This document shows positions 8,698-16,386 of a stretch of DNA of 60,945 bases, one piece after another (the first letter of the stretch is position 1; each line of letters opens with the position of its first letter). Position numbers and translations under genes: made by a program. The notes under the pieces were generated by a model. The model searched no databases. It saw only the letters and a list, made by a program, of their open reading frames with translations, and was not told where the DNA came from. Source of the stretch: a virus. The stretch lies in the IMG/VR virus record IMGVR_UViG_3300045988_098825, positions 1-60,945 of that record. One strand, given 5' to 3'.

Positions 8698-9492
8698 ATG
8701 AATAATATTCAAAACATGGACATGAGGACACCCATTGAGATTGCACTTGATATTGATGAACAGGGAATGACTACAGCAAAGAAATTATATGCATTTTTGG
8801 AGCTTAACCCAAGTAATTATTCCAAGTGGTGTAAAACAAACATTATCGAAAATGAGTTTGCTACTGAAAACGAGGATTATTGGGCGTTCGTACTCAATGA
8901 CGAACGCAATTTCAATCCTAATCCTACTACTGATTATCGCTTAACGTCTCATTTTGCTAAGAAGCTATCTGTAAGAGGAAACAGTGAGAAAGCAGAACAG
9001 GCAAGAGAATATTTTACCACGGTAGAAGAACGTGTAAAACAGTCTGCAATTGACAGGACACAATTATCACCACAGTTACAATCCTTATTTGCTCTGATTG
9101 AAACACAGGCAAGACAGGAAATAGAGCAGAAGCGACAGGCAGAACAGATAGCAAAGGTTGAGCAGACAGTTGATAACATGAAAGAGATATTTGCACAACC
9201 TATCGGAGACTGGAAAACTGAAATTAATTCAAGGGTTAGGGAAATATCAATCAAAAGTGGTATCGAATACCAAACATTATATAGCCAGCTATACGGAGAA
9301 CTGGAAACCACGGCACATTGCAGTCTGAAAAGATTGCAGGATAATAAACAGGCACGTATGGAAAAGGCTGGTAATACAAAAACAGCCATCAAGAATGAAA
9401 CAACAAAGATAGCAATTATCTTTGAAAAGCCACAACTTAAAGCAATATTTGAGAGCATAGTCAAAAAATACGCCATGAGTTATTGTGCATAA
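8698..9492 (+). CDS. antirepressor (AntA-like N-terminus, shared C-terminal domain ending ..YCA)
   Basis: N-terminus KKLYAFLELNPSNYSKWCKTNI; the C-terminal ~130 aa are homologous to 47072-47896. Confidence 0.7.
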   Translation: MNNIQNMDMRTPIEIALDIDEQGMTTAKKLYAFLELNPSNYSKWCKTNIIENEFATENEDYWAFVLNDERNFNPNPTTDYRLTSHFAKKLSVRGNSEKAEQAREYFTTVEERVKQSAIDRTQLSPQLQSLFALIETQARQEIEQKRQAEQIAKVEQTVDNMKEIFAQPIGDWKTEINSRVREISIKSGIEYQTLYSQLYGELETTAHCSLKRLQDNKQARMEKAGNTKTAIKNETTKIAIIFEKPQLKAIFESIVKKYAMSYCA

Positions 9493-9498
9493 TAATAG

Positions 9499-9530
9499 AC
9501 CGCCACAGGATAACACCTTGGCGGTTTTTT
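9499..9530 (+). terminator. intrinsic terminator
   Basis: ACCGCCA ... TGGCGGT stem followed by TTTTTT. Confidence 0.8.
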
Positions 9531-9645
9531 GCGTACTAATGCAATTTAAGATTGATTTTTGCAAAGAAATTTCAAATTTCCACAGAAAAATGTTGAAAAA
9601 AGATGTGTACCTAAAAATCTCTATGAGAAAAAAATATTCTGAAAC

Positions 9646-9682
9646 AAATTTGACCGCCCCTGGGGTGCTTTTCTTACTGGGA
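9646..9682 (+). repeat. ~37-nt repeat copy 1 with CCCCTGGGG core and T-run
   Basis: AAATTTGACCGCCCCTGGGGTGCTTTTCTTACTGGGA. Confidence 0.8.
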
Positions 9683-9737
9683 TTTTCAGAACGGTTTTGA
9701 AGCAAAATTTTGTTCGGATTTTCCGCAACATTCGGAA

Positions 9738-9776
9738 AAATTTTGATGCCCCCCTGGGGTGGTTTTTTGACTGGAA
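9738..9776 (+). repeat. ~39-nt repeat copy 2 with CCCCTGGGG core and T-run
   Basis: AAATTTTGATGCCCCCCTGGGGTGGTTTTTTGACTGGAA. Confidence 0.8.
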
Positions 9777-10087
9777 AAACCATTTTGAAAACGCGCGCAG
9801 ATTTATGGGCGATATCGTGCGGATTGTACGTAGAAAATAAATGCAAAACTTTACAATGCTAAAGTGCGTGTATCGGGTAGCTGCAGATCATAGGTACATA
9901 ACGGATATACCAATATAACGCACTGTAAGCCACTGTAAGGCAGTTTAAAGCCAACAGGGTACACTTGTAGCACGTATATAGTTATAAACACTCTACGCCT
10001 GTTTTATGCTCTTGTCAAGGTACGGTTACTGCATACGGCTAAATGGACGGATAACGCACACATAGCCCTGTACAGTAACATGGTACT

Positions 10088-10114
10088 GGAAAAAGAGCGG
10101 AACAAGTCCACTCT
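10088..10114 (-). terminator. intrinsic terminator of the minus-strand cassette
   Basis: On the minus strand, AGAGTGGA ... TCCGCTCT stem followed by TTTT. Confidence 0.6.
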
Positions 10115-10709
10115 AAAAAATATAATCTAATATTGGATAATCACATATAAGTCTGTTTTTATCAAATCCTCTAAAATAATTAAAATCGTTAGTGCTTAGA
10201 TTACAACTGTCTTTTTGCATCAGCGAATATTCGTATGTGCTGCATTCTCTATATCCAGAACCAAAACGACCAAATTTGACCGCCTGTGCTGTATCTGGAG
10301 TGTATACATACGCTTTAAATTCCACCCATGTTATGCGACTAGTAACATCTTTTGTAAGCATAACGGATATGCGATCTTTTAAAAATAAAGGCGCATAAAT
10401 GGATTTTATTTCTTGCGGAGCAACACGATCAACGATAAATTCATCGTAATTTTCCGCGTTGTAATCATTTTTGCAAAACTCTACATGCCTTGCGTTTATT
10501 TCTTCCCGGATTTCTAGCAAAATTAGTCCGTACATTACTAAGCAATTCCGATTTTTAGGCTTAAATAAGTAAACAACATTAGTCGGATTATTTGCTCTTC
10601 TTCCGTCATCCCAGTTATTATTTTTGCACTCGTCCATAGATAGAATACCTTTTTTTAGTATAGATTCTAAATCTTTTATATCCACGTTTTTATAATACAT
10701 ATTAACCAC
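10113..10709 (-). CDS. hypothetical 198-aa protein; N-terminus faintly ART/DarT-like but lacks the His
   Basis: AGAGGTGG RBS and an own TATAAT upstream. MYYKNVDIKDLESILKKGILS resembles the beta1-alpha1 of ADP-ribosyltransferase folds (weak). Confidence 0.55.
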   Translation of the reverse strand: MVNMYYKNVDIKDLESILKKGILSMDECKNNNWDDGRRANNPTNVVYLFKPKNRNCLVMYGLILLEIREEINARHVEFCKNDYNAENYDEFIVDRVAPQEIKSIYAPLFLKDRISVMLTKDVTSRITWVEFKAYVYTPDTAQAVKFGRFGSGYRECSTYEYSLMQKDSCNLSTNDFNYFRGFDKNRLICDYPILDYIF

Positions 10710-10764
10710 CTCTTAAAAAAATTATATAATAATAGCCTAGTTAATTCTAGGATATGTTTTAAAA

Positions 10765-10805
10765 AGCAAGTCGGGGAATCGAACCCCGATAGACCACCAC
10801 GGCTT
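10765..10805 (-). other. tRNA 3'-portion-like fragment (T-arm plus acceptor 3' strand)
   Basis: Minus strand reads ..GGTGGTCTAT CGGGG TTCGATT CCCCG ACTTGCT TTTT. No matching 5' half is present. Confidence 0.5.
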
Positions 10806-11001
10806 ACGTAGAATGTACATATACTTTTATAAATTCCCTGTTTTTGCTCCACATATAGTTTTTAACTATTAAATTATCAAGCTCATTTGTCTTTTTGCTC
10901 CCGTAATCAGGGCAAATCAATTTATTTTTTCCACCGTAAATTTTCCAGCTAACAAACATTGTATTGTTGTTGGCTCCCATGTATAAATCATATAATGTCA
11001 T
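10804..11001 (-). CDS. hypothetical small protein
   Basis: AAAGGATGG RBS before the internal ATG (MTLYDLYMGANNN..). Confidence 0.45.
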   Translation of the reverse strand: MTLYDLYMGANNNTMFVSWKIYGGKNKLICPDYGSKKTNELDNLIVKNYMWSKNREFIKVYVHST

Positions 11002-11085
11002 AATCAACCATCCTTTCATTGTGCGCCCTGTCTCATCAGTGCAGGTGGGGCAGTTTCTGCAGACCGCCAGAAATGGCGGTTTCGA

Positions 11086-11325
11086 CTATTTTTTCATTGC
11101 GCAACCTGTCCATGTTTGGCAAGTTGTGCCTTTACAATCTGTGCCGAGCTTTTTACAAGTAAGGCACATTGGATTTAATTGTTCCAACCTTGCGTACTCT
11201 TCACACTCCTTAGAGTACGGACAGCTTGTACAATCGCTGTCATATTTTCCACACTGCTCTGTAAGCAGTGTTTCAAGCTCCTTCCTTCTATCTTCCATGG
11301 TGTTTTCCTCCTTATTTACATTCAT
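11086..11325 (-). CDS. Cys-rich small protein (79 aa)
   Basis: CGKYDSDCTSCPYSKEC ... CLTCKKLGTDCKGTTCQTWTGC. Confidence 0.5.
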   Translation of the reverse strand: MNVNKEENTMEDRRKELETLLTEQCGKYDSDCTSCPYSKECEEYARLEQLNPMCLTCKKLGTDCKGTTCQTWTGCAMKK

Positions 11326-11654
11326 ATTTTTCTAAAAATTGCTCTGGATTGCATTTAAAAATGCTATCCAAAACTAAATCTATATTATTAAGCGTGCAAG
11401 ATACGGCACCTGAACCGCCATTTGCAAAATATACATATCCATTTGAAAAAAAACAATACTTTTTCAAAATACGGATATTTTATGTTCTCTCGTTTAAATC
11501 CGTAGGTCTTTCCACCTATTAGATTTTTGTAAATCTCCTGTAACCTCATGATGTCAACACCACATTCATTTAAAATATCGCAGAGAAGCTCTATATTTTC
11601 TCCATGTTCTTCATCCATTAAATAGCCATATTCATCAAAAACTTGTTCTATCAT
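11312..11654 (-). pseudogene. gene split by a frameshift at an A8/T8 homopolymer; possible SUKH/SMI1-like immunity-type protein
   Basis: The annotated frame ends in an implausible tail (..KWICIFCKWRFRCRILHA). The +1 frame after the run at 11446-11453 reads ..SNGYVYFANGGSGAVSCTLNNIDLVLDSIFKCNPEQFLEKYECK and stops at 11312. Confidence 0.45.
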
Positions 11655-11685
11655 TTTGCTACCTCCTTGTTTTGTTGTTGAGATA

Positions 11686-11714
11686 ACTATATCACTTTAA
11701 AAAGAAATAGTCAA
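11686..11714 (-). promoter_or_regulatory. sigma-70-type promoter for the minus-strand cassette
   Basis: Minus strand: TTGACT, 17 nt, TATAGT. Confidence 0.55.
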
Positions 11715-11747
11715 TACTTTTTATAACTTTTTTAAGAAATATTTTTA

Positions 11748-11776
11748 TTGATTTTTTTGTTATGCTGTAATACAAT
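11748..11776 (+). promoter_or_regulatory. sigma-70-type promoter, divergent from 11686-11714
   Basis: TTGATT, 17 nt, TACAAT. Confidence 0.5.
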
Positions 11777-11810
11777 GTTATTAATATAATAAAGGAGGAT
11801 ATTTAAAAAT

Positions 11811-12047
11811 ATGTTACGATATAAAATAAATGTAGCTGATGCACTGGAACGTCGCGGATTTAACACGTATAAAGCCAAAACAACTAAGATTCTTAGTCAA
11901 GACACGCTTAAAAAGATAAAAAATGAAGATACTAATATATCTTTGGAGAGCGTAAACAGGATTTGCATGATTTTAGATATGCAACCAAAAGACCTTATTG
12001 AATATGTAGAGAGTGAAGCAGAAAAAAATAAATTTAAAATTCTTTAA
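11811..12047 (+). CDS. XRE/Cro-type HTH regulator
   Basis: AAGGAGG RBS; ..KILSQDTLKKIKNEDTNISLESVNRICMILDMQPKDLIEY.. Confidence 0.65.
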   Translation: MLRYKINVADALERRGFNTYKAKTTKILSQDTLKKIKNEDTNISLESVNRICMILDMQPKDLIEYVESEAEKNKFKIL

Positions 12048-12055
12048 AATATCAC

Positions 12056-12084
12056 TTGCAAAAGAAACAACTGTATGCTATATT
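12056..12084 (+). promoter_or_regulatory. sigma-70-type promoter
   Basis: TTGCAA, 17 nt, TATATT. Confidence 0.5.
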
Positions 12085-12128
12085 GTAGTCAAGGAACAGA
12101 AAACAAACAAAGAGAGGAGACGGAAACT

Positions 12129-12239
12129 ATGACAATAAAAGGCAAATATAAAACAGCAATGGGTCAAATACTGACCCAAGAAGCATACGACCGTTGGGAG
12201 TCTGAGTTCTCCAAGGTCGGAGAATTTGAGTTGAAATAG
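12129..12239 (+). CDS. small hypothetical protein (36 aa)
   Basis: GAGAGGAGA RBS; MTIKGKYKTAMGQILTQEAYDRWESEFSKVGEFELK. Confidence 0.3.
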   Translation: MTIKGKYKTAMGQILTQEAYDRWESEFSKVGEFELK

Positions 12240-12254
12240 AGAGGAGAATGAAAC

Positions 12255-12560
12255 ATGAAGAAATATGTAATCGATTTAGACAAGAGTACAAAAAAAGAAA
12301 GTAAGACAACTACAAAAGTATATGCTTTTGTAAGTTCTGGTAACATTTATTCAGAGCCTATTAACTTTTCTGACAAAAAATATCCAGAATACAACGTATT
12401 TGCTGAATTTAAAATTACTCATGCCCAGTGGATGACAGGAACATGGGAAGAAAACTTAAATTATTTCTACAGCAAATGTTTAGAGTTGCTTGAAGATGAA
12501 GAACTGATAGAAGAAAATCCAGCCGGATTCAAATTTTTAAAAGACGGATGCATGGAATAG
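12255..12560 (+). CDS. hypothetical protein
   Basis: 101-aa ORF with GAGAGGAG RBS. Confidence 0.55.
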   Translation: MKKYVIDLDKSTKKESKTTTKVYAFVSSGNIYSEPINFSDKKYPEYNVFAEFKITHAQWMTGTWEENLNYFYSKCLELLEDEELIEENPAGFKFLKDGCME

Positions 12561-12736
12561 AAAAAGGTACAGAATAGTCTGTACCAATTCCTAAAAAAAT
12601 ATTATTTCAATCCAACGTTACCCCATTGATGGTAACGACTACACATAACATCATGGTTTATGTGCAACAGATAAACTGTGCTTATAGCATAGCATATTAT
12701 TTAAAAAGAGTCAATAAAAAACAGGGGGGGATAACA

Positions 12737-13054
12737 GTGATAGAGTTGTACGGAAACTACTATAAGTTATTTAAAGGGCATGGAACAACGCCCCAGAAAA
12801 TAACAGTAGTTGCGATAGATGGCTATGATGTTACATATATCATGGGGCATTATAGCAAAGATGAGCTTTTGAGCCGTGGCGATACGGTAGATGAAGCAAT
12901 AAGAAACATGTGTCTTGTTAAAAACAAGTGCAATTTAAGCAAAATCCTTACGCAAGCCACAAAAAAGCAAATAGAAACTTTGCGCAAGGATGAGAAGAGA
13001 ATAAAAAGAATGATTGAGAAAATGGACAGAGAAAAACAGGAGGGATTAAAATGA
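12737..13054 (+). CDS. hypothetical protein
   Basis: GGGGGG lies 6 nt before GTG 12737; the upstream part of the track ORF has no RBS. Confidence 0.5.
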   Translation: MIELYGNYYKLFKGHGTTPQKITVVAIDGYDVTYIMGHYSKDELLSRGDTVDEAIRNMCLVKNKCNLSKILTQATKKQIETLRKDEKRIKRMIEKMDREKQEGLK

Positions 13055-13302
13055 ATGAAGTAGTAAAGAGAGCAATGGAAATTATTAAAAACAGCGAGTG
13101 GGATACGATTATCCCAGAGTTGGAAATCGGAGAAGAGGTCGAAATGAACGATCTTTGGGACGGAAACGGTGAAGTACCGGAAGAGTCCTATAGTTACCAG
13201 TTGGACGACAACAACTGGATAGATTACAGATTTAAAGTAATTGAAAAAGCGGAAAATCCGCTTGATACAAAGATAAAAATACTAGCTATAGAGCTAGTAT
13301 AG
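13051..13302 (+). CDS. hypothetical acidic protein
   Basis: ATGA overlap with the upstream gene. Confidence 0.55.
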   Translation: MNEVVKRAMEIIKNSEWDTIIPELEIGEEVEMNDLWDGNGEVPEESYSYQLDDNNWIDYRFKVIEKAENPLDTKIKILAIELV

Positions 13303-13315
13303 TATAAAGAATAAA

Positions 13316-13340
13316 AGGCTACTGCAATGGTAGCCTTTTT
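13316..13340 (+). terminator. intrinsic terminator
   Basis: AGGCTAC ... GTAGCCT stem followed by TTTTT. Confidence 0.75.
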
Positions 13341-13361
13341 GTGATTAAGGAGAGGATAAAA

Positions 13362-14159
13362 ATGATACAGCAAGCAATAGACATGATCGGGTCAGATAAA
13401 CTGGAAGAATTGGCTTTATCTTGGCATAAGCCAATAGTAGGTAATTATGTAATAGTCAATCCAGATAAAACCTATATTGTAATAGACGAGCGGAGAATGA
13501 AATTTAACAGAAAGTATCGTAGCATGGACTACTACAGCGGTTTAGTGACCATGAATAAACCTGTAGCAAGCAAACTAATTACAAGTAATAATATTTATAC
13601 ATTCTTTTGCAAAAACACGCAAAAATTAACTATGGAAGACATTTATAATTATTATGATGCATTAGAGCTACCAGAGTATAAAGAGTGGTACAGGGATTTT
13701 GTAAGAGAGAATATAAAAGCATTTGGGGCAGAATACAAGGGACTTGTAAAGATATTCTTTCCAGGTTCATTAGAGGAATACAGAACAGCAGGTCTTGCTA
13801 ATTGGTACGATAAGAGCATAAGCAAAACCAAATACAGCAAAGGACCAGACGTAGGAGTACCGATTGGGTACAGCATAAACCCTAAAAAACCTTACATGAC
13901 CAGCCAACGTAATATATATCTGGTTAGTCGGGAACAAGGCGTGCAAATTAAAATTTTTTACGACATCTTAAAAGGCATGTATAGACATGGATATAATACG
14001 CTGTATCTTTGGGACAATAACGTATTACCTGTTAAAAATGGAGATATGCCAGACGTAACGATCACAGGCGGTATAATGTTTGCATTTAAGTTGGACGATA
14101 AAGGACAAGTACAGATTATAGACATGGACACGATCCCAAGATACGACCCACATATTTAA
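13362..14159 (+). CDS. hypothetical 265-aa protein
   Basis: AAGGAGAGG RBS before ATG 13362; flanked by terminators on both sides. Confidence 0.6.
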   Translation: MIQQAIDMIGSDKLEELALSWHKPIVGNYVIVNPDKTYIVIDERRMKFNRKYRSMDYYSGLVTMNKPVASKLITSNNIYTFFCKNTQKLTMEDIYNYYDALELPEYKEWYRDFVRENIKAFGAEYKGLVKIFFPGSLEEYRTAGLANWYDKSISKTKYSKGPDVGVPIGYSINPKKPYMTSQRNIYLVSREQGVQIKIFYDILKGMYRHGYNTLYLWDNNVLPVKNGDMPDVTITGGIMFAFKLDDKGQVQIIDMDTIPRYDPHI

Positions 14160-14170
14160 CAAATTATAAG

Positions 14171-14192
14171 AGCATCCGACAGGATGCTTTTT
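14171..14192 (+). terminator. intrinsic terminator
   Basis: AGCATCC gaca GGATGCT followed by TTTTT. Confidence 0.8.
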
Positions 14193-14194
14193 GT

Positions 14195-14223
14195 TTGCAT
14201 TATACAATAACATGAGATATAAT
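14195..14223 (+). promoter_or_regulatory. near-consensus sigma-70 promoter
   Basis: TTGCAT, 17 nt, TATAAT. Confidence 0.6.
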
Positions 14224-14290
14224 AGTTATATATAACATGCATATATAGTATGCGATATCTCTTGTTATATCGCAAGAAAGAGAGGGAAGC

Positions 14291-14731
14291 ATGAAAGATT
14301 ACCAGAAAAGAGCAAACGACAACTATCGTGCAAAATTTGATATAGTGCAAATTAGATTAGCAAAAGGCACTAAAGAGCAAATAATTAATAAGACAGGTAA
14401 ATCTATAAACCAGTATATACAAGATTTAATAGATAAAGATTTACATAATAATTTTGATTTACCAAATACATCAGAATACCGTCCAAACGTCACAGAATCG
14501 CCTAGGACGAATGAAAATGAATTTGACGGTAAAATTATCGACAACAATATTAAAATTGATTTTAGGGCATTTAAGAAGCATATAGCGACAGAACAGGAAG
14601 AGACGGACAACCGTATGCGGTTATTGAAGCTACAGGAAGAGATAAACGCAAGGAAGACATGCATCATTAAGCCTGTAGAGCAAGAGCCAACTCTGACCGA
14701 CATACAACTACCAGATAAACCACCGTTTTAA
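14291..14731 (+). CDS. ribbon-helix-helix DNA-binding protein with extended C-terminus
   Basis: N-terminus ..YRAKFDIVQIRLAKGTKEQIINKTGKSINQYIQDLIDKDL (Arc/CopG pattern). Confidence 0.5.
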   Translation: MKDYQKRANDNYRAKFDIVQIRLAKGTKEQIINKTGKSINQYIQDLIDKDLHNNFDLPNTSEYRPNVTESPRTNENEFDGKIIDNNIKIDFRAFKKHIATEQEETDNRMRLLKLQEEINARKTCIIKPVEQEPTLTDIQLPDKPPF

Positions 14732-14740
14732 ACCTATAAA

Positions 14741-14844
14741 TGTTTCCATAATTTAACCGTTGTTTCCATTTTGTATACATTTTGTATACGTAGGTTAGTA
14801 TAGGTTAGGTAAGGTTAGTATAGGTTATATATCGCGTATACGCG
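14741..14844. repeat. phased iteron/palindrome array
   Basis: TGTTTCCAT at 14741 and 14761. GTATAC at 14773, 14784 and 14836, the last inside the 12-bp palindrome CGCGTATACGCG. GGTTAG/GGTTAT at 14793, 14803, 14813 and 14823, exactly 10 bp apart. Confidence 0.9.
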
Positions 14845-15199
14845 CGAGACAACAAAAATTTTCCTTTTGTGGACAAAACAGTTTTAAATTTTGGATTTAA
14901 AGACAGATTTTTCTCATCGGTTTAAATTTCCATTTGCAAATATATCTAACCGTTTACACACTGGATAATTTTTTTAAAAATCTATTGCATTTTTACGTAA
15001 ACTGCTTTATTATATTTATAAGCTCATTAGAGAGCTATACACGATTAAGATTTACAGGACAGCTTATAATAGCTGTTTTATACTCAAGAAAAGCCTTTTA
15101 AGGCAAATATGTTTTACTTATGCTGTATTTATAATATACAGTGTTTGTATTCCTATTTGGTTTAAAGGGCTTTTTTGTTTTTCTAGGAGGTGTAAAAAC

Positions 15200-15808
15200 A
15201 TGGCAGATATTAAAGCTATAGACCAATCTAACTGTATAAGCATCGTTAAAGATATTATAGCCAAATATTGCGCAGCCAACGATCTGGACGAGCACGACAT
15301 ACCCCCACAGATATGGAACGATATCATAGATGAGGTTTACATAAATGTCTTTAAGGATAATACTATACTGCTTAAAGATATACCTAGTCCATATAATCAA
15401 TATAATCAGGATAAGGTATTATATATATATAATTATATATACAAGAGGATATGTAATAATCATTGTCAAGAGGTTACATTAAAGGGATTTATAGATATGA
15501 CAGGGATAGATAAGCAGACTATTTATAACTGGAAATCAAGTAAAGACAGATTCGACTTGCACGAAAAAATTATGGACGATAATGAGCAATCGTTAGAAGC
15601 TATGTTACATGACAAGCGTATAAATCCCATGAAAGTACTACCGTCACTTAATAAAAAACATGGATGGAATCTACCTGGTGTCAGCAGAGAAAAGGCATCT
15701 GATACAGCTCTACCAGCTTCGAAACTGCCGTTATTTGGTGCAATTAATGGCACTATTGGACAAATACAGGGCAACAATGCAGTACTGGAAGATAATGAAA
15801 ACAGCTAG
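15200..15808 (+). CDS. terminase small subunit-like protein
   Basis: HTH-like TLKGFIDMTGIDKQTIYNWK followed by ..NPMKVLPSLNKKHGWN, the pattern of small-terminase families; AGGAGG RBS. Assignment from memory. Confidence 0.45.
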   Translation: MADIKAIDQSNCISIVKDIIAKYCAANDLDEHDIPPQIWNDIIDEVYINVFKDNTILLKDIPSPYNQYNQDKVLYIYNYIYKRICNNHCQEVTLKGFIDMTGIDKQTIYNWKSSKDRFDLHEKIMDDNEQSLEAMLHDKRINPMKVLPSLNKKHGWNLPGVSREKASDTALPASKLPLFGAINGTIGQIQGNNAVLEDNENS

Positions 15809-16072
15809 AATGCAGTATTTATAAGGGTTTCAAGGTTTTATCAATGATATTAAAGAGTACGGAAAATTAATATTTTGCGAATAGTTAACGTATGTTCGAT
15901 TAATAGCATGGATCTGGCAGACAGGGGGAGGGGGTCGGAAGAACGGACGAGACAGCCCCTACTGAGTCACCCAAGCCACCCGATAAACAAAAAGCCCTTA
16001 TCCAACACGCAGATATTAATTATCCAGACACCCTATTTCTAAAAATTTTTCAAAAATAAAAAAGGAGTCAAT

Positions 16073-16213
16073 ATGTTCACAGGAATTATTCTTATATGGA
16101 TTTTGATTAAGTTACAGGCACCAACATGGTTATTCTGGTTAGCAGGCGTGAAAATGACATGTTCAGTTTTGGAAATACTTATGTTTGTTTACAAAACAGG
16201 TAAGGAGTCATAG
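16073..16213 (+). CDS. small membrane peptide (46 aa)
   Basis: AAGGAG RBS; MFTGIILIWILIKLQAPTWLFWLAGVKM.. Confidence 0.4.
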   Translation: MFTGIILIWILIKLQAPTWLFWLAGVKMTCSVLEILMFVYKTGKES

Positions 16214-16215
16214 CC

Positions 16216-16386
16216 ATGTTAATCTTCGGCAAGCAAATCACAGACGAGTGTTCCAGATGCGGTCAAGTCTTAGAATGCGAATTGTTCAGGCAGGGGCACG
16301 GCATTAAATGCGATCGAAAGAACATATCAAAGATGCTGGAATGCCAGTTTGAACACAGGGAGAAAAGAGAAAATGAGGAAAAATAA
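16216..16386 (+). CDS. small Cys-containing protein (56 aa)
   Basis: AAGGAG RBS; ..CSRCGQVLEC.. Confidence 0.4.
   Translation: MLIFGKQITDECSRCGQVLECELFRQGHGIKCDRKNISKMLECQFEHREKRENEEK

Noticed and set aside
9289-9846. 185-aa minus-strand ORF
   Set aside because: It runs antisense to the antirepressor gene and its terminators, the sequence is low-complexity and hydrophobic, and there is no RBS.
10772-10788. A complete minus-strand tRNA gene at 10765-10850
   Set aside because: Upstream of the T-arm, the candidate 5' acceptor strand (AGCAAAA) pairs at only 4 of 7 positions, no D or anticodon arm can be drawn, and the region is occupied by the 10804-11001 ORF.
14793-14828. CRISPR-like array
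   Set aside because: The period is only 10 bp with no spacers. The repeats at 9646/9738 have just two copies. No cas genes are present.
15918-15938. G-quadruplex at GGGGGAGGGGG
   Set aside because: Only two long G-tracts are present, and four are needed.
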